DNA of 64,000 nt from assembly GCF_009914755.1 (NCBI RefSeq), contig NC_060943.1; one strand, given 5' to 3'. The notes under the pieces were generated by a model, which ran no database searches, was not told the origin of the DNA, and saw only the letters and a program-made list of their open reading frames with translations. Below, in pieces: positions 23,944 to 49,638 of the stretch. The position numbers and the translations under genes are program-made. The DNA comes from the human T2T-CHM13v2.0 reference genome, Homo sapiens. How positions within the stretch are numbered: the first letter of the stretch is position 1; each line of letters begins with the position of its first letter.

Positions 23944-24111
23944 CTAGGGGAAGAGAGAACAGCAGGTCGGCCTCCTGGGTGGCCTCCAACACAGAGACCT
24001 CCTGGGTGAGGGGGAGCGAAGTGTGGTCCCACCTGGGGCACGAAGGTGTGCTGCAGGTGCCCCAGGGGCGGCCAGGCCCTTGAGATGCAAAGGCAGCAGC
24101 CCCAGCCTCAC

Positions 24112-24299
24112 CCTGCTTTTCACGCTTCTCCAGGACATCGGGATCCGGCTGCCGGTCGTTGTTCTTGAGCTTGAGGAAGTGGTGCAGCTGCTCCAGGTGC
24201 AAGATCTGCCGCTGCAGGACCTGCGCCTCCATCTCGCTCTGGGCCTCCTCTTTCTCCGCGCGCTCCCGAAGCAAGCCCATCTTGGCCTTCGCCTCCTCC
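24112..24299 (-). CDS. ODAD1: ODAD1 coding exon 7
   Basis: cag|G...G|gtgag; [13 protein letters not shown]...EKREKQ. Confidence 0.95.
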
Positions 24300-24521
24300 C
24301 TGCGGGGGTCAGCCGGGGTCAGGATGACTGGAGGCTGGACTGGGGTCGGCCTGGGGTCCTGGGGATGGGCGGGGTCAGCCAGAGGTTGTGGGGGGTGAGG
24401 TGGAGTCAGCTGGTGTCCCAGATGGGCAGGGCCAGCCTGGGGTCACAGGAATGGGGCTGAATCAGGTTGCAGTTATCCTGTGGTCACAAAAAGCAGAGAA
24501 CTGGCTGGGCACGGTGGCTCA

Positions 24522-24821
<300 letters not shown>

Positions 24822-25375
24822 TCATATTAGAAACACAACACAAAACTCTCGGTGTGCTGCTGGCTCACGTTCTTTCAGCAGCCTGCTCTCCTCATCCTTC
24901 AGAGTGTACTGTCTCTCTCTATGTAAACTCTCTGTTCTCTATTTGCCTTCAGTAAATTCTCTTTGTTGGCTAAATCAGTCTCTTGGCAGAATTCTTTCTC
25001 CCAAGTAAGACTAAAAAGCGAGGATTCCTGCACTTCCCGGTGGCAGGTAGTTTCCTTTTGGAGTGATGGAAATATTTCAGATCTAGACAGAAGTGGTGCG
25101 GTTGCACGGCCCCGTGAATGTACTAAATGCTGCTACATTCTACGCTTTAAAATGGTGAATTTTGCCACGTTTGTTTTAACAGAGAGAGAGAAAGAGAGAA
25201 ATCACAGAGACCCTAAGGCCGACCCAGGCCACAGCTGATGTCGATCAGGGACCATGAGAAAACAGAAGCCAGAGAAGAACTTAGTAGAAGGTAAGAAAGC
25301 ATTTGGAGCAAAAGAAGAGGGCGAAGCTGAGAAAGAGACAGGGATGGAGTGAGAGAGAGAGCATGGAGCTCATGA

Positions 25376-25896
<521 letters not shown>

Positions 25897-25998
25897 TAGA
25901 GGTTAATTTACATGCCCAAGAAAAAGAACAGGGCCGGTGGGGTGCAATGGCTCATGCCTGTAATCCCAGCACTTTGGGAGGCAGAGGCGGGTAGATCA

Positions 25999-26319
<321 letters not shown>

Positions 26320-26411
26320 TCATGAGTCCTGAACCTTCCCATCACTGCCTTATGGAAAGGTGCGTCCTGAGTCATCTGGGTCCCGCCATCCCAGGATACC
26401 CGCAGTCTCTA

Positions 26412-26606
<195 letters not shown>

Positions 26607-26649
26607 TCATTAGCGACTGCCCATGAAAGGGATTTTAAAGAGGTGTGAA

Positions 26650-30950
<4,301 letters not shown>

Positions 30951-31603
30951 GACCGGACGCAGTGGCTCACGCCTCTAATCCCAGCACTTTGGGAGGCCGA
31001 GGCAGGCGAATTGCCTGAGCTCAGGAATTCAAGACTAGCCTGGGCAACATGGTGAAACCCTGTCCCTACTTAAAAAAAAAAAAATCGGCCGGGTGTGGTG
31101 GCTCACGCCTGTAATCCCAGCACTTTGGGAGGCCGAGGAAGGCGGATCACGAGGTCAGGAGATCGAGACCATCCTGGCTAACACAGTGAAACCCCATCTC
31201 TACTAAAAATACAAAAAATTAGCTGGGCGTGGTGGCAGGCCCCTGTAGTCCCAGCTACTCGGGAGGCTGATACAGGAGAATTGCTTGAATCTGGGAGGCA
31301 CAGGCTGTAGTGAGCCAAGATCACTTCACTGTGCTCCAGCCTGGACGACAGAGTGAGACTCATCTCAAAAAAAAGAAAGAAAGAAAGTCAAAAGAGAGGG
31401 GACAGGGCTGGTTCTTCAAAGATCCCCGTGGAATGTATAATAAATGGTCTTGCTTGCTCATAGATTGCCCTGGGTGATACTATTCAGAATGACATTCTGC
31501 TTTCTACAACTATAAATGAGGCCACTTTTTTGTTGGAAATGTCCTCCAACATTTCCCAGGCCTCCATGCCTTTTGGACTAAAGCAAGCCTACCGCTCTAG
31601 TCA

Positions 31604-31885
<282 letters not shown>

Positions 31886-31984
31886 TCAGCCAAGGAGGAG
31901 ACACTTATCAGAGGTTGGGCCGGCCTGTTTCCTGAGAAACAGAGGTTCTTTGGGGTTCCCGAAATCAATGTCCACTCCCCTCTA

Positions 31985-32272
<288 letters not shown>

Positions 32273-32546
32273 CTACAAGAAAGAGGATGGTACCTGTTTT
32301 TGGTTGCCTGAATGTGGGAGAGATTGAATGGCCCAGGGAAAATGAGTCACTAAGCATGGCAAACATCTGCTGTCCCTGTCACCCCAGAATAACATCTACC
32401 CTTCTGCTGACACTATCCAGCCCTCCATGTGGTTCTGGTGGGCCTTCCAACCACAGTGTATCACCCTATCAGCCACATGACCCAGGTCTGGACACTCACA
32501 GGGATTGGCCTAGAGATGGGAATGTGACCCCATGGAGCTAGCCTGA

Positions 32547-32870
<324 letters not shown>

Positions 32871-33262
32871 TGACTCCTTTCCTGATAGTCTGGGGGAAGC
32901 ACATGAGATGGAAGGATGGGATTCCAGGACTTCTCCTGTCATGGCCCCACCACAGGGAGGGTCCTGGGAGAATGAGGTCAGTGGACAGAAGTGGAGATGA
33001 GAGTCGGAGAGACGGTGAGAATGAACTTGATGACATTAGTAGCCCTGGGTCTGCTTATGCCTAAGACCAGCTTCCAATCTGTCCTTCTCATTTCTGTATT
33101 CATCTGTACTTATTGGGGTGTGCTCTGTCTCTCCCAGCAAACTGGGGGTTCCATGAGGACACAGAGTCTTGTGTTTTCTCCCTGTCCGAGACAAAGAAGG
33201 TATTCAACATAACATGCAGACTAAATAGATAAATGAATTGCTCAACACTTCAATTTGTGCTC

Positions 33263-34577
<1,315 letters not shown>

Positions 34578-34699
34578 CGTACCAAAGATACCCCAGAAGG
34601 CTGCAGCAAACTTAAGACTCAGCATGAGGATGTTTTAAATTTTTGAGGAAGACCTTGATATTGGTCAGATACCACATGAACTGCTAGCTTAAGGCAGTT

Positions 34700-34800
34700 C
34701 ACAAGTTCAACATGAGAGGGCGCTATCATCCTTTTGAAGATGTCACATCTTTGTGAGACTGGATTTTCAGCAGTTGCTGCAGTAAAAGCCAAATACCCAA
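34700..34800 (+). mobile_element. hAT/Charlie transposase remnant
   Basis: catctttgtgagactggattttca...aaagccaaatac translates to [17 protein letters not shown], resembling the hAT C-terminal dimerisation motif. Confidence 0.6.
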
Positions 34801-35529
34801 TTGTTGGTGGGCGCAGTGTCTCACGCCTGTAATCCCAGCACTTTGAGAGGCCGAGGCGAGTGGATCACCTGAGGTCAGGAATTTGAGACCAGCCTGGCCA
34901 AAATGGTGAAACCCCATCTCTACTAAAAATACAAAAATTAGCTGGGCGTAATGGCACGTGCCTGTAATCCCAGCTACTCGGGTGGCTGAAGCACGAGAAT
35001 CACTTGAGCCTGGCCTGGGAGGTGGAGGCTGCAATGAGCCGAGATTGCACCACTGCACTCCAGCCTGGGTGACTGAGCGAGACTCCACCTCAAAAAAGAA
35101 AAGAAAAAGAAATGTCCAAAATGTTGACACTGGGGGAAAATGCAGCAAAGTGTACAAGGGATGTCTCTGCATTATTTCTTTCAACTGCACATGAATCCCA
35201 ACAAAATTTTCTTTCTTTCTTTTATTTTTTCTTTTTTTTAGAGACAGGGTCTCACTCTGTCACCCAGGCCGAGTGCAGTGGCACCATCATAGCTCACTGC
35301 AGCCTCCACCTCCCAGGCCAGGCTCAAGCAATCCTCCTGCCTCAGTAATTGCTTTATGAAAGAAGAGATGACATACGGTAAAACTGCACATATTTAGTGT
35401 TCAATGTGGGATGGGCACGGTGGCTCACGCCTGTAATCCCAGCACTTTGGGAGGCTGAGGTGGGCAGATCCCCTGAGGTCAGGAGTTCGAGACCAGCCTG
35501 GCCAACATGGCGAAACCCCGTCTCTACTA

Positions 35530-35688
<159 letters not shown>

Positions 35689-35699
35689 CTAAATAAATA

Positions 35700-36790
35700 A
35701 ATAAACTGTGTAATTGTTATGTTTTGACATAAAATAGTGAAAATATCCATCGCCCCTAAAAGTTTCCTCATGCCCTTTTGTATTTCCTCACCTCATCCTC
35801 TTCCTGCAGTCGAGTCTCCCCCCAGCAATCACTCATCTGTTTTCTGTCACTATAGATTGGTTTGATTTTCTAGAATTTTATATTAATGGAATTGTATAGT
35901 AAGGACTCTTTTGGGGATCAAAGGGGTATCTGGTTTCTTTCACTCAGAGTAGTTATTTTGAGATTCACCCATGTTGTGTGTATCAATAGCCGGTTCCTTT
36001 TATTCATGAGTCACATTCCATTCCATGTATAGACCACAATTTGCTCGTCCACTCGACCACCGATGGACATTTGGGTTGTTTCAGTTTTCGATTTTACAAA
36101 TCAAGTTGGGTTGTTATGAATATTCATGTACAATTCATTATATGGACATGTGCTTTCTTTCCTCTTGGCTAAACATCTAGGAGTGGAATGTCTGAATCAT
36201 ATTGTCAAGTATACGTTTTGTTTTTTGGCAACTGCCAAACTGGGCCAGGCACGGTGGCCCACACCTGTAATCCCAGCACTTTGGAAGGCCGAGGCAGGTG
36301 GATCACTTGAGGTCAGGAGTTCAAGACCAGCCTGGCCAACATAGTGAAACCCCCCATCTCTACTAAAAATATAAAAATTAGCTGGGAGTGGTGGCACACA
36401 CCTGTAATCCCAGCTACTCAGGAGGCTGAGACAGGAGAATGTTTGAACCCAGGAGACAGAGGTTGCAGTGAGTTGACATTGTGCCATTGCACTCCAGCCT
36501 GGGTGACAGAGCGAGACTTCGTCAAAAAAAAAAAAAAAAACCTGCCTGACTGTGCAAACTGTGTACCAAAAGTAGTGTGCCATTCCACATTCCCACCAGT
36601 GGAGTATGAGAGTTCTGCTTCCTCTACATCCTTCCCGCAACACTTGGTATGGACCGTCTTTTTAATGGAGTTTGGGAAAGTTCTTAATATATTCTGGATA
36701 CAAGTTCTCTATCAGATACGTGCTTTGCAGATATTTTCTCCCAGTCTGGACCTTGTCTTTTCATTCCTTGCCTTTGCCAGTTTCTGCAGA
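35700..36790 (-). mobile_element. Old L1M 3' fragment, antisense, interrupted by an Alu
   Basis: tctgtcactatagatt, gatggacatttgggttgttt, cattcccacca, atattctggatacaagt motifs. Confidence 0.8.
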
Positions 36791-38055
36791 TGGGATTCCT
36801 TGACTTGGGGACTCCTTACCTGCGGCCGCATCACTGGTTTTTGTTTTTTAAAGGGGTTCCGAGCCAGGCACAATGGCTCACGCTTGTAACCCCAGCACTT
36901 TGGGAGGCCACGGTGAGTGGATCACCTGAGGCCACGAGTTTGAGACCAGCCTGGCCAACATGGCAAAACCTCATCTCTACCAAAAAATACAAAAATGAGC
37001 TGGGCTTGGTGGCACGTGCCTGTAATCCCAGCTACTCAGGAGGCTGAGGCAGGAGGATCGCTTGAACCTGGGAGGTGGAGGTTGCAGTGAGCCAAGATCC
37101 TGCCAGCCACTGCACTCCAGCCTGGGTGACAGAGCGAGACTTTGTCTTGAAAAGAAAAAGAAAGTGGGTCTCTCTCTGTTGCCCAGGCTGGAGTGCAACG
37201 GGGCAATCACAGCTCACTGAAGCCTCAAACTCCTGGGCTCAAGTAGCTCTGCCCCCTCAGCCTCAAGACACGCACCACTGTGCCCAACTGACAAATTGGT
37301 TTTTTCAATGAAGGCTAGACCAGAATTTAGCAGAACGAATCCCACATTAAAAAATGTATATATATATATATATTATTTGCTGAAACTTCTGTTTCAGATA
37401 TATTAATATATGTGTGTGTGTATATCTGTATGCATCTTGGTGTGTATGAACTACACCTCATGAGTCATGGTCATAAAAACTTGACAGATCACTGGCCTAG
37501 AAAAATCACATTGTTTGCAAGGTCAAATAGCAAGGTCCCAAAACAGATGGGATTCGCAACCTGTCTAGACTGTGGCATTACCACCGTCCTTGTTTGCAGA
37601 TGAAGAAACTAGGGCCCAGAGAGGGGAAAACCTGCCTGCCCCCGATCACAGAGCTCCGATGGCAGAGCCAGGACTCTAATGCAGGTTTTGGGGACTCTAA
37701 CATGCGAACCTTTCCTGCTTAACCACACCAGTCCTGTTTTTGAATGCCTGGGACTGTGCTAAAGCAGCAAACATCTATGTTTCCACTGAACACAACTCTA
37801 CCAGATGGATGCTTTCAATAGCACCGATTTTTTTTTTTTTTTGAGACAGAGTCTTGCTCTGTCAACCAGGCTGGAGTGCAGCGGCGCGATCTTGGCTCAC
37901 TGAAACCTCTGCCCCCCGGGTTTAAACGATTCTCCTGGCCGAGCACAGTGGCTCACGCCTGTAATCTCAGCACTTTGGGAGGCCGAGGTGGGCGGATCAC
38001 AAGGTCAGGAGATCAAGACCATCTTGGCTAACACAGTAAAATCCTGTCTCTACTA

Positions 38056-38274
<219 letters not shown>

Positions 38275-38454
38275 TTACAGGCATGTGCCACCATGCCTGG
38301 CTAATTTTTGTATTTTTTGTAGAGATGGGGTTTCACCACGTTGGCCAGGCTGGTCTTGAACTCCTGACCTCAAGTGATCTGCCCGCCTCAGCCTCCCAAT
38401 GTGCTGGGATTACAGGCATGAGCCACTGTGCCCGGCCTAATAGCCCCAATTTCA

Positions 38455-38805
<351 letters not shown>

Positions 38806-38858
38806 TCAGCCCCTCTGACCCCCTCCTCCCCAGCTCAGGGCCCAGGCGCCCAGCTCAC

Positions 38859-38958
38859 AGTTGCTTGTTGATGCGCTGGTGGACTTCCTTGCTGTAGGCC
38901 CGCCTCTCCCCTTCCATCACTTTGCATTGTCGCTGCAGCCTACTCAGCTCCCAATCCA
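38859..38958 (-). CDS. ODAD1: ODAD1 coding exon 2 (contains downstream Met at 38917, start of the 670-aa form)
   Basis: cag|TG...CT|gtgag; VDWELSRLQRQCKVMEGERR... Confidence 0.92.
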
Positions 38959-39619
38959 CTGAGAACAGGGCCAGCCAAGGGACTCAGCAGGGATCCTGGC
39001 CACCAGCTCCTCCCAACCCAGGACCTAGGAATTCTGCTCCCTTTGGGGTCTCACAAACTGCAACTGAACTGCAGATCCAGCCCCCAACACCCCTCTAGGA
39101 ATGCACCTCAGTTCCGGGATCCCTCGAGCTTCCTCATCCCTTCATACCCAAAACTGAACTCAGGGTTTTTTCCCCTAAAACCCACTCCCATCCCACCAGA
39201 GGGCACTTCTGGAAGGCCTCTGGGTCTTCTGGGACCTGGGCACACCACCTGGAATTGGGAAGGCTCTTGCTCCCTCCCTCCTTTTCTGCCCCACCATCAG
39301 CAGCCCTCAGCCCCATCCTCTTGCCTCCTCCCTCTCTCAACCCATCCCCTGGGCTCAGCCTCATCCTCTCCTACCTGGACCATCACCCCAACATTTCTCT
39401 CAACTTCCAGCCTTCCCGCACAGTCCCAGAGGGTCTCTCTACACCCACAGCCAACCCTACCCCACCCACAGCAGACCCTACCCCTCATAGGCCTCCCATG
39501 ATGCCCCAGTACCTGCAGGACAAAGTCTCAGCACCTCAGCCTGGGATCCCAGACCCCAAGTGACCTGACCTTACCCACCTCTCCAGTCTTGCCCGTATGC
39601 TCCCCATCTCCAAAGGCCC

Positions 39620-40142
<523 letters not shown>

Positions 40143-40443
40143 TCTAGCCACATTCTGTCATCTCTGTAGAAACACCCTTCCTTCCTTCTCCCCTTGGCAA
40201 TTCCTACAGGGAGTTCTGGGCCCCACTCAAACTTCTGCTGCCTGAAGTCTCCAGCCTGCCCCACTGCCCAGGCTTGGCCCACCCACCGTGGTGCCCGCCC
40301 CGCCTCCCTTAGGGCGCATGTCTGTTCCCACCAGAGGGCGCTCCTGGACAGACACTCTCCCTCCCTCCCTACAGGACCTGGAACTTGGGAAAGCTGGGGG
40401 CTGGAAAAGAATGGGTGAATGATATAAAGAATGAATGAATTAC

Positions 40444-40513
40444 CCATTCCCTCCAGAAATGCCTCGCTTCCCTCCTCGGAGCGGGCGCTCCCTGCCAAGC
40501 GTCCCAAAGGCAT
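40444..40513 (-). CDS. ODAD1: ODAD1 coding exon 1 (MPLGRLAGS...EGM)
   Basis: ATG at 40513; donor G|gtaat; likely acceptor cctacag| at 40536. Confidence 0.85.
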
Positions 40514-40916
40514 CCTGGCCAAACAGGGTGGGGCTCCTGTAGGGATGGACATATAAGACCCTTCAGACAGCAGGCGGGCCAGGGCCCAGAGAGGGTGGAC
40601 AATGAACTGCGAGGGACTGGGAATTGAAAGGGGGTGACCCTAGAACCACGCTGGCCTCATTCCTCCAAGAGGGGTTGGAGGGGGACCTCTCTCAGGCCTC
40701 TCCCACACCTCTCCAGCCCTCCCACCTCTCACACTCTGGGTCTTGCGTCTAGGCTCCGATTCTGGCGCGGGTTTGGCAGGGGACAGGCCTCCTGGGCTCT
40801 CAGGATATCTGAGGCCAGGCTGTTTGGTCGCAGGAGAGGGGGAAACCCCGGCCTGCTGTAGTGGGGGTTGGGCAGGGTCGGGGGAGTCCTGGGCCCTACC
40901 TGCCGACGGGCCTGAC

Positions 40917-40956
40917 CTGTTCTTGGTGCTCCAAGTTCAGTGTTGTGGTCTGGTTA
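40917..40956 (-). other. ODAD1: Candidate ODAD1 non-coding 5' exon
   Basis: pyrimidine tract + ccag| acceptor and ACAG|gtcagg donor on the minus strand, between the CpG island and the ATG exon. Confidence 0.6.
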
Positions 40957-41220
40957 CTGGGGAGATAAGGGACCAATGAGGACTGAGGACAGCGGCCAGG
41001 GAGGGACTGAGGCCGCGGGAGAAACTATGGGAGGAGGGGCGGAGAAGGATGCGAGGCGTAGACCTGCAGGGTTCCCACGGACTGAGAACTGATGGGCAAG
41101 GCCAGGCGCGGTGGCTCACGCCTGCAATCCCAGCATTTTGGGAGGCCGAGGCGGGCGCATCACTTGAGGTCACGAGTTCGAGACCAACCTGGCCAACATG
41201 GTGAAACCCCGTCTCTACTA

Positions 41221-42350
<1,130 letters not shown>

Positions 42351-43659
42351 CTCGGAGGCCCAGGATGGGGAGATCCCGCCGCCACCCTCAGATCCTTTGA
42401 TTCTTCCCCTTCTACATAGCCATAGTGCGGGGACCCCCCTAATATCCCCAGGGTACCCAAGCCTGGCGCCGATCCCACTCAGGGAACTTGATTCTGAGTC
42501 CTAGACTCGTGTTTTTCACCTCCCCGGCTCAAGTTTCCATCTTCCTAGCCCCTGGCTCCCCCTAGTCCTCTCAAGAAAGTGGAGCCCTCTTTTCCTGCTC
42601 CCCAAGAGGAACGTATGTCTCCCCAGCCCCTAATTTTTCCTTCAGTGACCCAGACTTTGCAACTTCCTTAGGGATCTGAGTGCGGACCCCAGTTTCTGTC
42701 TCTCAGGCACTTAAGTTTGAGACTACTTATTCTCCCCCAGGGACCCTCATTTTGGATTCCCAACTTTAGCCTTGAGACCCAATGGACCCAAGAATTTGCC
42801 CCTTCCCCAACTCCTAGAGATCCTGAATCAGGGTCCCCCAGTACTGACTCCACTCAGAGCCCCAATGCCTGATATGACTAGCACTACCCTAAGAACTGCC
42901 CTATAATGTATTTACTATTATCTCTATTTTTCAGATGAAGAGACTGAGGCATAGAGAAGTTATTAGTAACTTGCCAAAAATTACACAGCCATTGAGTAAA
43001 ACAGCTTGGATTTTGAGTCCAACCAGTGTGGCTCTAGAGTCTGTGCTATACTGGTATTCCAGCTTCCAGGTCTTGGGGTACCCAGCCAAGCACTGAACTG
43101 TCCATCCCTCACCCCCTCAGGGAGCCCGAATCACCAACAGCTATCCCAAACCCAGCTCTGGCCCATCAGATACCCAGACATCCCATCATCCAGTTCCCTT
43201 CCCTGGATCCAGGATTTGAATTCCCCTGCTCTCAATTTATCAGAGTTCTGGGCACCTGGTCCCCTCCCAAGAGACTCGTGTACATAGTAGTCATCACCCC
43301 GACCCTAATTTAATATCCCCAAAATTAATAATAATAGTTAACAGTAAACCTTTGGGGCCAGGCACAGTGTCTTACGCCTGTAATCCCATCATTTTGGGAG
43401 GCCAAGGCAGGCAGATCACTGGAGGTCAGGAGTTCGAGGCCAGCCTGGCCAACATGGAGAAACCCCCGTCTCTACTAAAAATACAAAAATTGGCTGGGCG
43501 TGGTGGCGGGCACCTGTAATCCCAGCTACTCAGGAGGCTGAGGCAGGAGAATCGCTTGAACCGGGAGGTGGAGGTTGCAGTGAGCTGAGATCATGCCACT
43601 GCACTCCAGCCTGGATGACAGAGCAAGACTCCATCTCAAAAAAAAAATAAAAATCTTTG

Positions 43660-44535
<876 letters not shown>

Positions 44536-45379
44536 CAGGTTAGGTGTGTGAGTGTGCCAGTATTACCTTATTCATTCAGCATAAGTATCAGAATTATTAT
44601 TATCAGTATTAGTATTTTGTCAGCATTATTATACTCTCAACATAGACTAAGATACTGGAGCCCAGGTGGGTGAAATAATTGGCTCAAGGTCACTGAACCA
44701 GGAAATGATGGCGCTGGGATTCTTAGCTTCCGCTTCCTCCCCGCTTCCAGAGTTTCACAAGGTTTTTTTTTTTGTTTGTTTGTTTTTTGTTTTGTTTTGT
44801 TTTTTTTTTTGCGACAGAATCTCACTTTGTCCCCCAGGTTGGAAGGCAGTGGTGCAAACTCAACTCACTGCAGCCTCCACCTCTCGCGTTCAAGCGATTC
44901 TCATGGCTCAGCCTCCCAAGTAGCTGGGATTACAGTCGCCCGCCACCACGCCCGGCTAATTTTTGTATTTTTGATAGAGACGGGTTTCCACCATGTTGGC
45001 CAGGCTGGTCTCGAACTCCTGACCTCAGATGATCTGCCCGTCTCGGCCTCCCAAAGTGCTGGGATTACAGGCGTGAGCCACAACGCCCTGCCGAGTTTCA
45101 CAAATTTCATCTCCCATCCTCTGACCCCCCACCACGGGGCCAACTTCACCAGCCCAATCTCAAGTCCATGCCACAGAAATCTGGCCTCTTTTCCCAGACT
45201 CCTATCCAGCTCCAAGCTCCATCAGGGAAAGCAGACATCCGGCCCCAGGGCAAGACCTCAAAACTCAAGGGTCCTGAGAATCGGGCCCTCCCACCCCTGA
45301 CGCTTGCCCCCCCCAAGAACCCCATTCCAAGAGTTTCTCATCTCAACCCTGGGAGGGAGCCCCAGATGATGTCTGTCTG

Positions 45380-45756
45380 GAGGGATTGGGTGGGGGCCCA
45401 AAGAAAGAGGAACCGGAGTGCCTGGGCCCTCCCACTGGCAGCCGACCTCAGCTGGGTGCGGTGAGGGTGGGTTTATAAAAGGGTCAGTATATATTGAGAG
45501 GAGGAGAGAAAGAGAAACGGGAGCAAGAGAGAAGGAGGCCCAGACAGTGAGGGCAGGAGGGAGAGAAGAGACGCAGAAGGAGAGCGAGCGAGAGAGAAAG
45601 GGTTCTGGATTGGAGGGGAGAGCAAGGGAGGGAGGAAGGCGGTGAGAGAGGCGGGGGCCTCGGGAGGGTGAAAGGAGGGAGGAGAAGGGCGGGGCACGGA
45701 GGCCCGAGCGAGGGACAAGACTCCGACTCCAGCTCTGACTTTTTTCGCGGCTCTCG
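45380..45756 (+). promoter_or_regulatory. EMP3: EMP3 promoter and non-coding exon 1 (start site approximate)
   Basis: ATTGG ~45385, TATAAAA 45474-45480, GC box ~45687, strong donor CG|gtaagt at 45756/45757. Confidence 0.75.
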
Positions 45757-46403
45757 GTAAGTTTCCAGTCCGTTATTCAGGGCTGGGACTTCTTAATTTA
45801 CTTGGGAATGTAGCAGTTTGGGAAGGACACCCCCAGGCTGGGAGAGACGTCCCTGACTCTTGGAAATCCTTTTAATTTAATAAGTGATCTCTTAGCACTT
45901 GAGGTGGGGATATGGGAAGGGGTGGGGCCCGGCAAAGTTTTGGGGTCCCAGCAGAGCCCTCCACTGGAAAACTTCCTGCAGTTTTTCCCTCAGCGGTGTC
46001 CACTGTCCTCTGGGGTCCCTGAGATCAGGGCATTGCATGAGAACACCCCAAATCTGGGAGACCTCTAGGTCCCCTGTTCCTGGGCACCAAAGAGTCCTGG
46101 GAGGCTAACTCCTTCTTGGGCCTCTCTTCCCCCCAGCGCGAATCCTATCCATTTCCTCCAGAAGATGTCCAACAGTCACCAGTCTGGCAGCAGGGTGGGG
46201 TGAGGACCTCGTGGACATAGCCAGGGGCTGGGGTTTCCCTGGTGCTTAGAGATGGGGGGCGGTGGGGATGAGTCACCAGATGACTCACCAGGTCCCCCTC
46301 CTCCCCTCAACCCAGGAGAGGAGTGGTGTGAGTCAAGAATGCCTGTTGCTGGGGGCAGCTCCTCAATCCTGATGTCGGGGTGCAGGGTGGGGTCTCAACT
46401 TGA

Positions 46404-46814
<411 letters not shown>

Positions 46815-46947
46815 TAGTAGAGATGGGGTTTCACCATGTTGGCCAGGCTGGTCTCGATCTCCTGACCTCAGGTGATCCTCCCGCCTCGGCCTCCCAAAGT
46901 GCTGGGGTTATAGGCGTGAGTGTGCCTGGCCTGTGCCAACCTCTTGA

Positions 46948-47359
<412 letters not shown>

Positions 47360-47666
47360 TAGAGACGGGGTTTCACCATGTTGCCCAGGCTGGTCTCGAA
47401 CCCCTGGCCTCAAGTGATCCACCTGCCTCGGCCTCCCACAGTGCTGGGATTACAGGCATGAACCACCAGGTTAACCCTTTTAGCTCTACCTCCGATGCCT
47501 CCTCCCTGTCCTGACCCTACCCCCTCTCATATTAAATCCTAACTCTCCCCAGTTCTGCCCCATCCCAGATACCCTGCCCTTTTCCCAGCCCTTCCCACAG
47601 TCTGCCTGACCCTATCCCCTCTCCTTTCCTAACCCTGCCCCTTGTTTCGTTCTCTGTCCATCCCAG

Positions 47667-47769
47667 TCCTGGTGGACTCTCCCTGGGAAAGAGTCCCTGA
47701 ATCTCTGGTACGACTGCACGTGGAACAACGACACCAAAACATGGGCCTGCAGTAATGTCAGCGAGAATG
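47667..47769 (+). CDS. EMP3: EMP3 coding exon 2
   Basis: cag|TCC TGG TGG...G|gtgag; W..LW..C..C extracellular-loop signature (SWWTLPGKESLNLWYDC...WAC). Confidence 0.96.
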
Positions 47770-47899
47770 GTGAGGGGTGAGGGCGGCGGGACTGGTCTTC
47801 AAAGGGGAAGGTAAACCCTTCGTGTCCTCATGGGACTGAGAATTGGGAACCCTCCCCCAACAAAGTTGGAGTGGGCGGGGTCCAGGCCTGAGTGGCTGA

Positions 47900-48178
<279 letters not shown>

Positions 48179-48338
48179 TGACTTCAGCTAATCCACCTGC
48201 TTCAGCCTCCCAAAGTGCTGAGATTACAGGCGTGAGCCACCACATCCAGCCAGTACCTCCTGTTCTGAAGAGGCCATATAGATAAAAGCATGCTATAGGT
48301 TTAAAGAATAGAGAGGGGAGGCCAAGGCGGGTAGATCA

Positions 48339-48721
<383 letters not shown>

Positions 48722-49120
48722 CTAAAGGGGTGGGGCCAGGTGCATTGGAGTTCTAAAGGAATAGAGCTGCATCTATCTAAAGTTCTGTGTGAAAGATTTA
48801 ATGCAAAACTAAGATTAAAGGAAGTGGTCTGCTCTCACCACTTCTATTCAACCTTTTACTGGAGTAGCCAATGCAAGAAGGCAAGAAAAAGAAATAAAGG
48901 GCATGGGAAATAAATTAGGAAAAAGTGTCTCTATTCCCAGTAAACATGTTGTTTATGTAGAAAATCCATTAAAATTCTGCAAAGCAGACAGACACAGTGG
49001 CTCACACCTGTAATCCCAGCACCTTGGGAGGCTGAGGAGGAAGGATCACTTAAGCCCAGGAGTTCAAGACCAGCCTGGACAACATAGGGAAACCCTGTCT
49101 CTACAAAAATTTAAAAATTA

Positions 49121-49300
<180 letters not shown>

Positions 49301-49497
49301 CTACTAGAACTGAGAAGGGAATATAGCAAGGTAACAGGGCTCAAGGTCAAAATAAGTGATACATCTAAGTATCTAGGCTTGTATGGGCCTAAACGGGAGC
49401 AGGGATGGGGCAGAGAAGGGTCACATGGTGAGCAAGCAGGTGAAGCTGGAACTCTGGACCCACGGTGATGTCCCCCTCTGTGTCCTCCTTACTGCAG

Positions 49498-49638
49498 GCT
49501 GGCTGAAGGCGGTGCAGGTCCTCATGGTGCTCTCCCTCATTCTCTGCTGTCTCTCCTTCATCCTGTTCATGTTCCAGCTCTACACCATGCGACGAGGAGG
49601 TCTCTTCTATGCCACCGGCCTCTGCCAGCTTTGCACCA
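49498..49638 (+). CDS. EMP3: EMP3 coding exon 3
   Basis: cag|GC TGG CTG AAG...A|gtgag; GWLKAVQVLMVLSLILCC... Confidence 0.96.
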
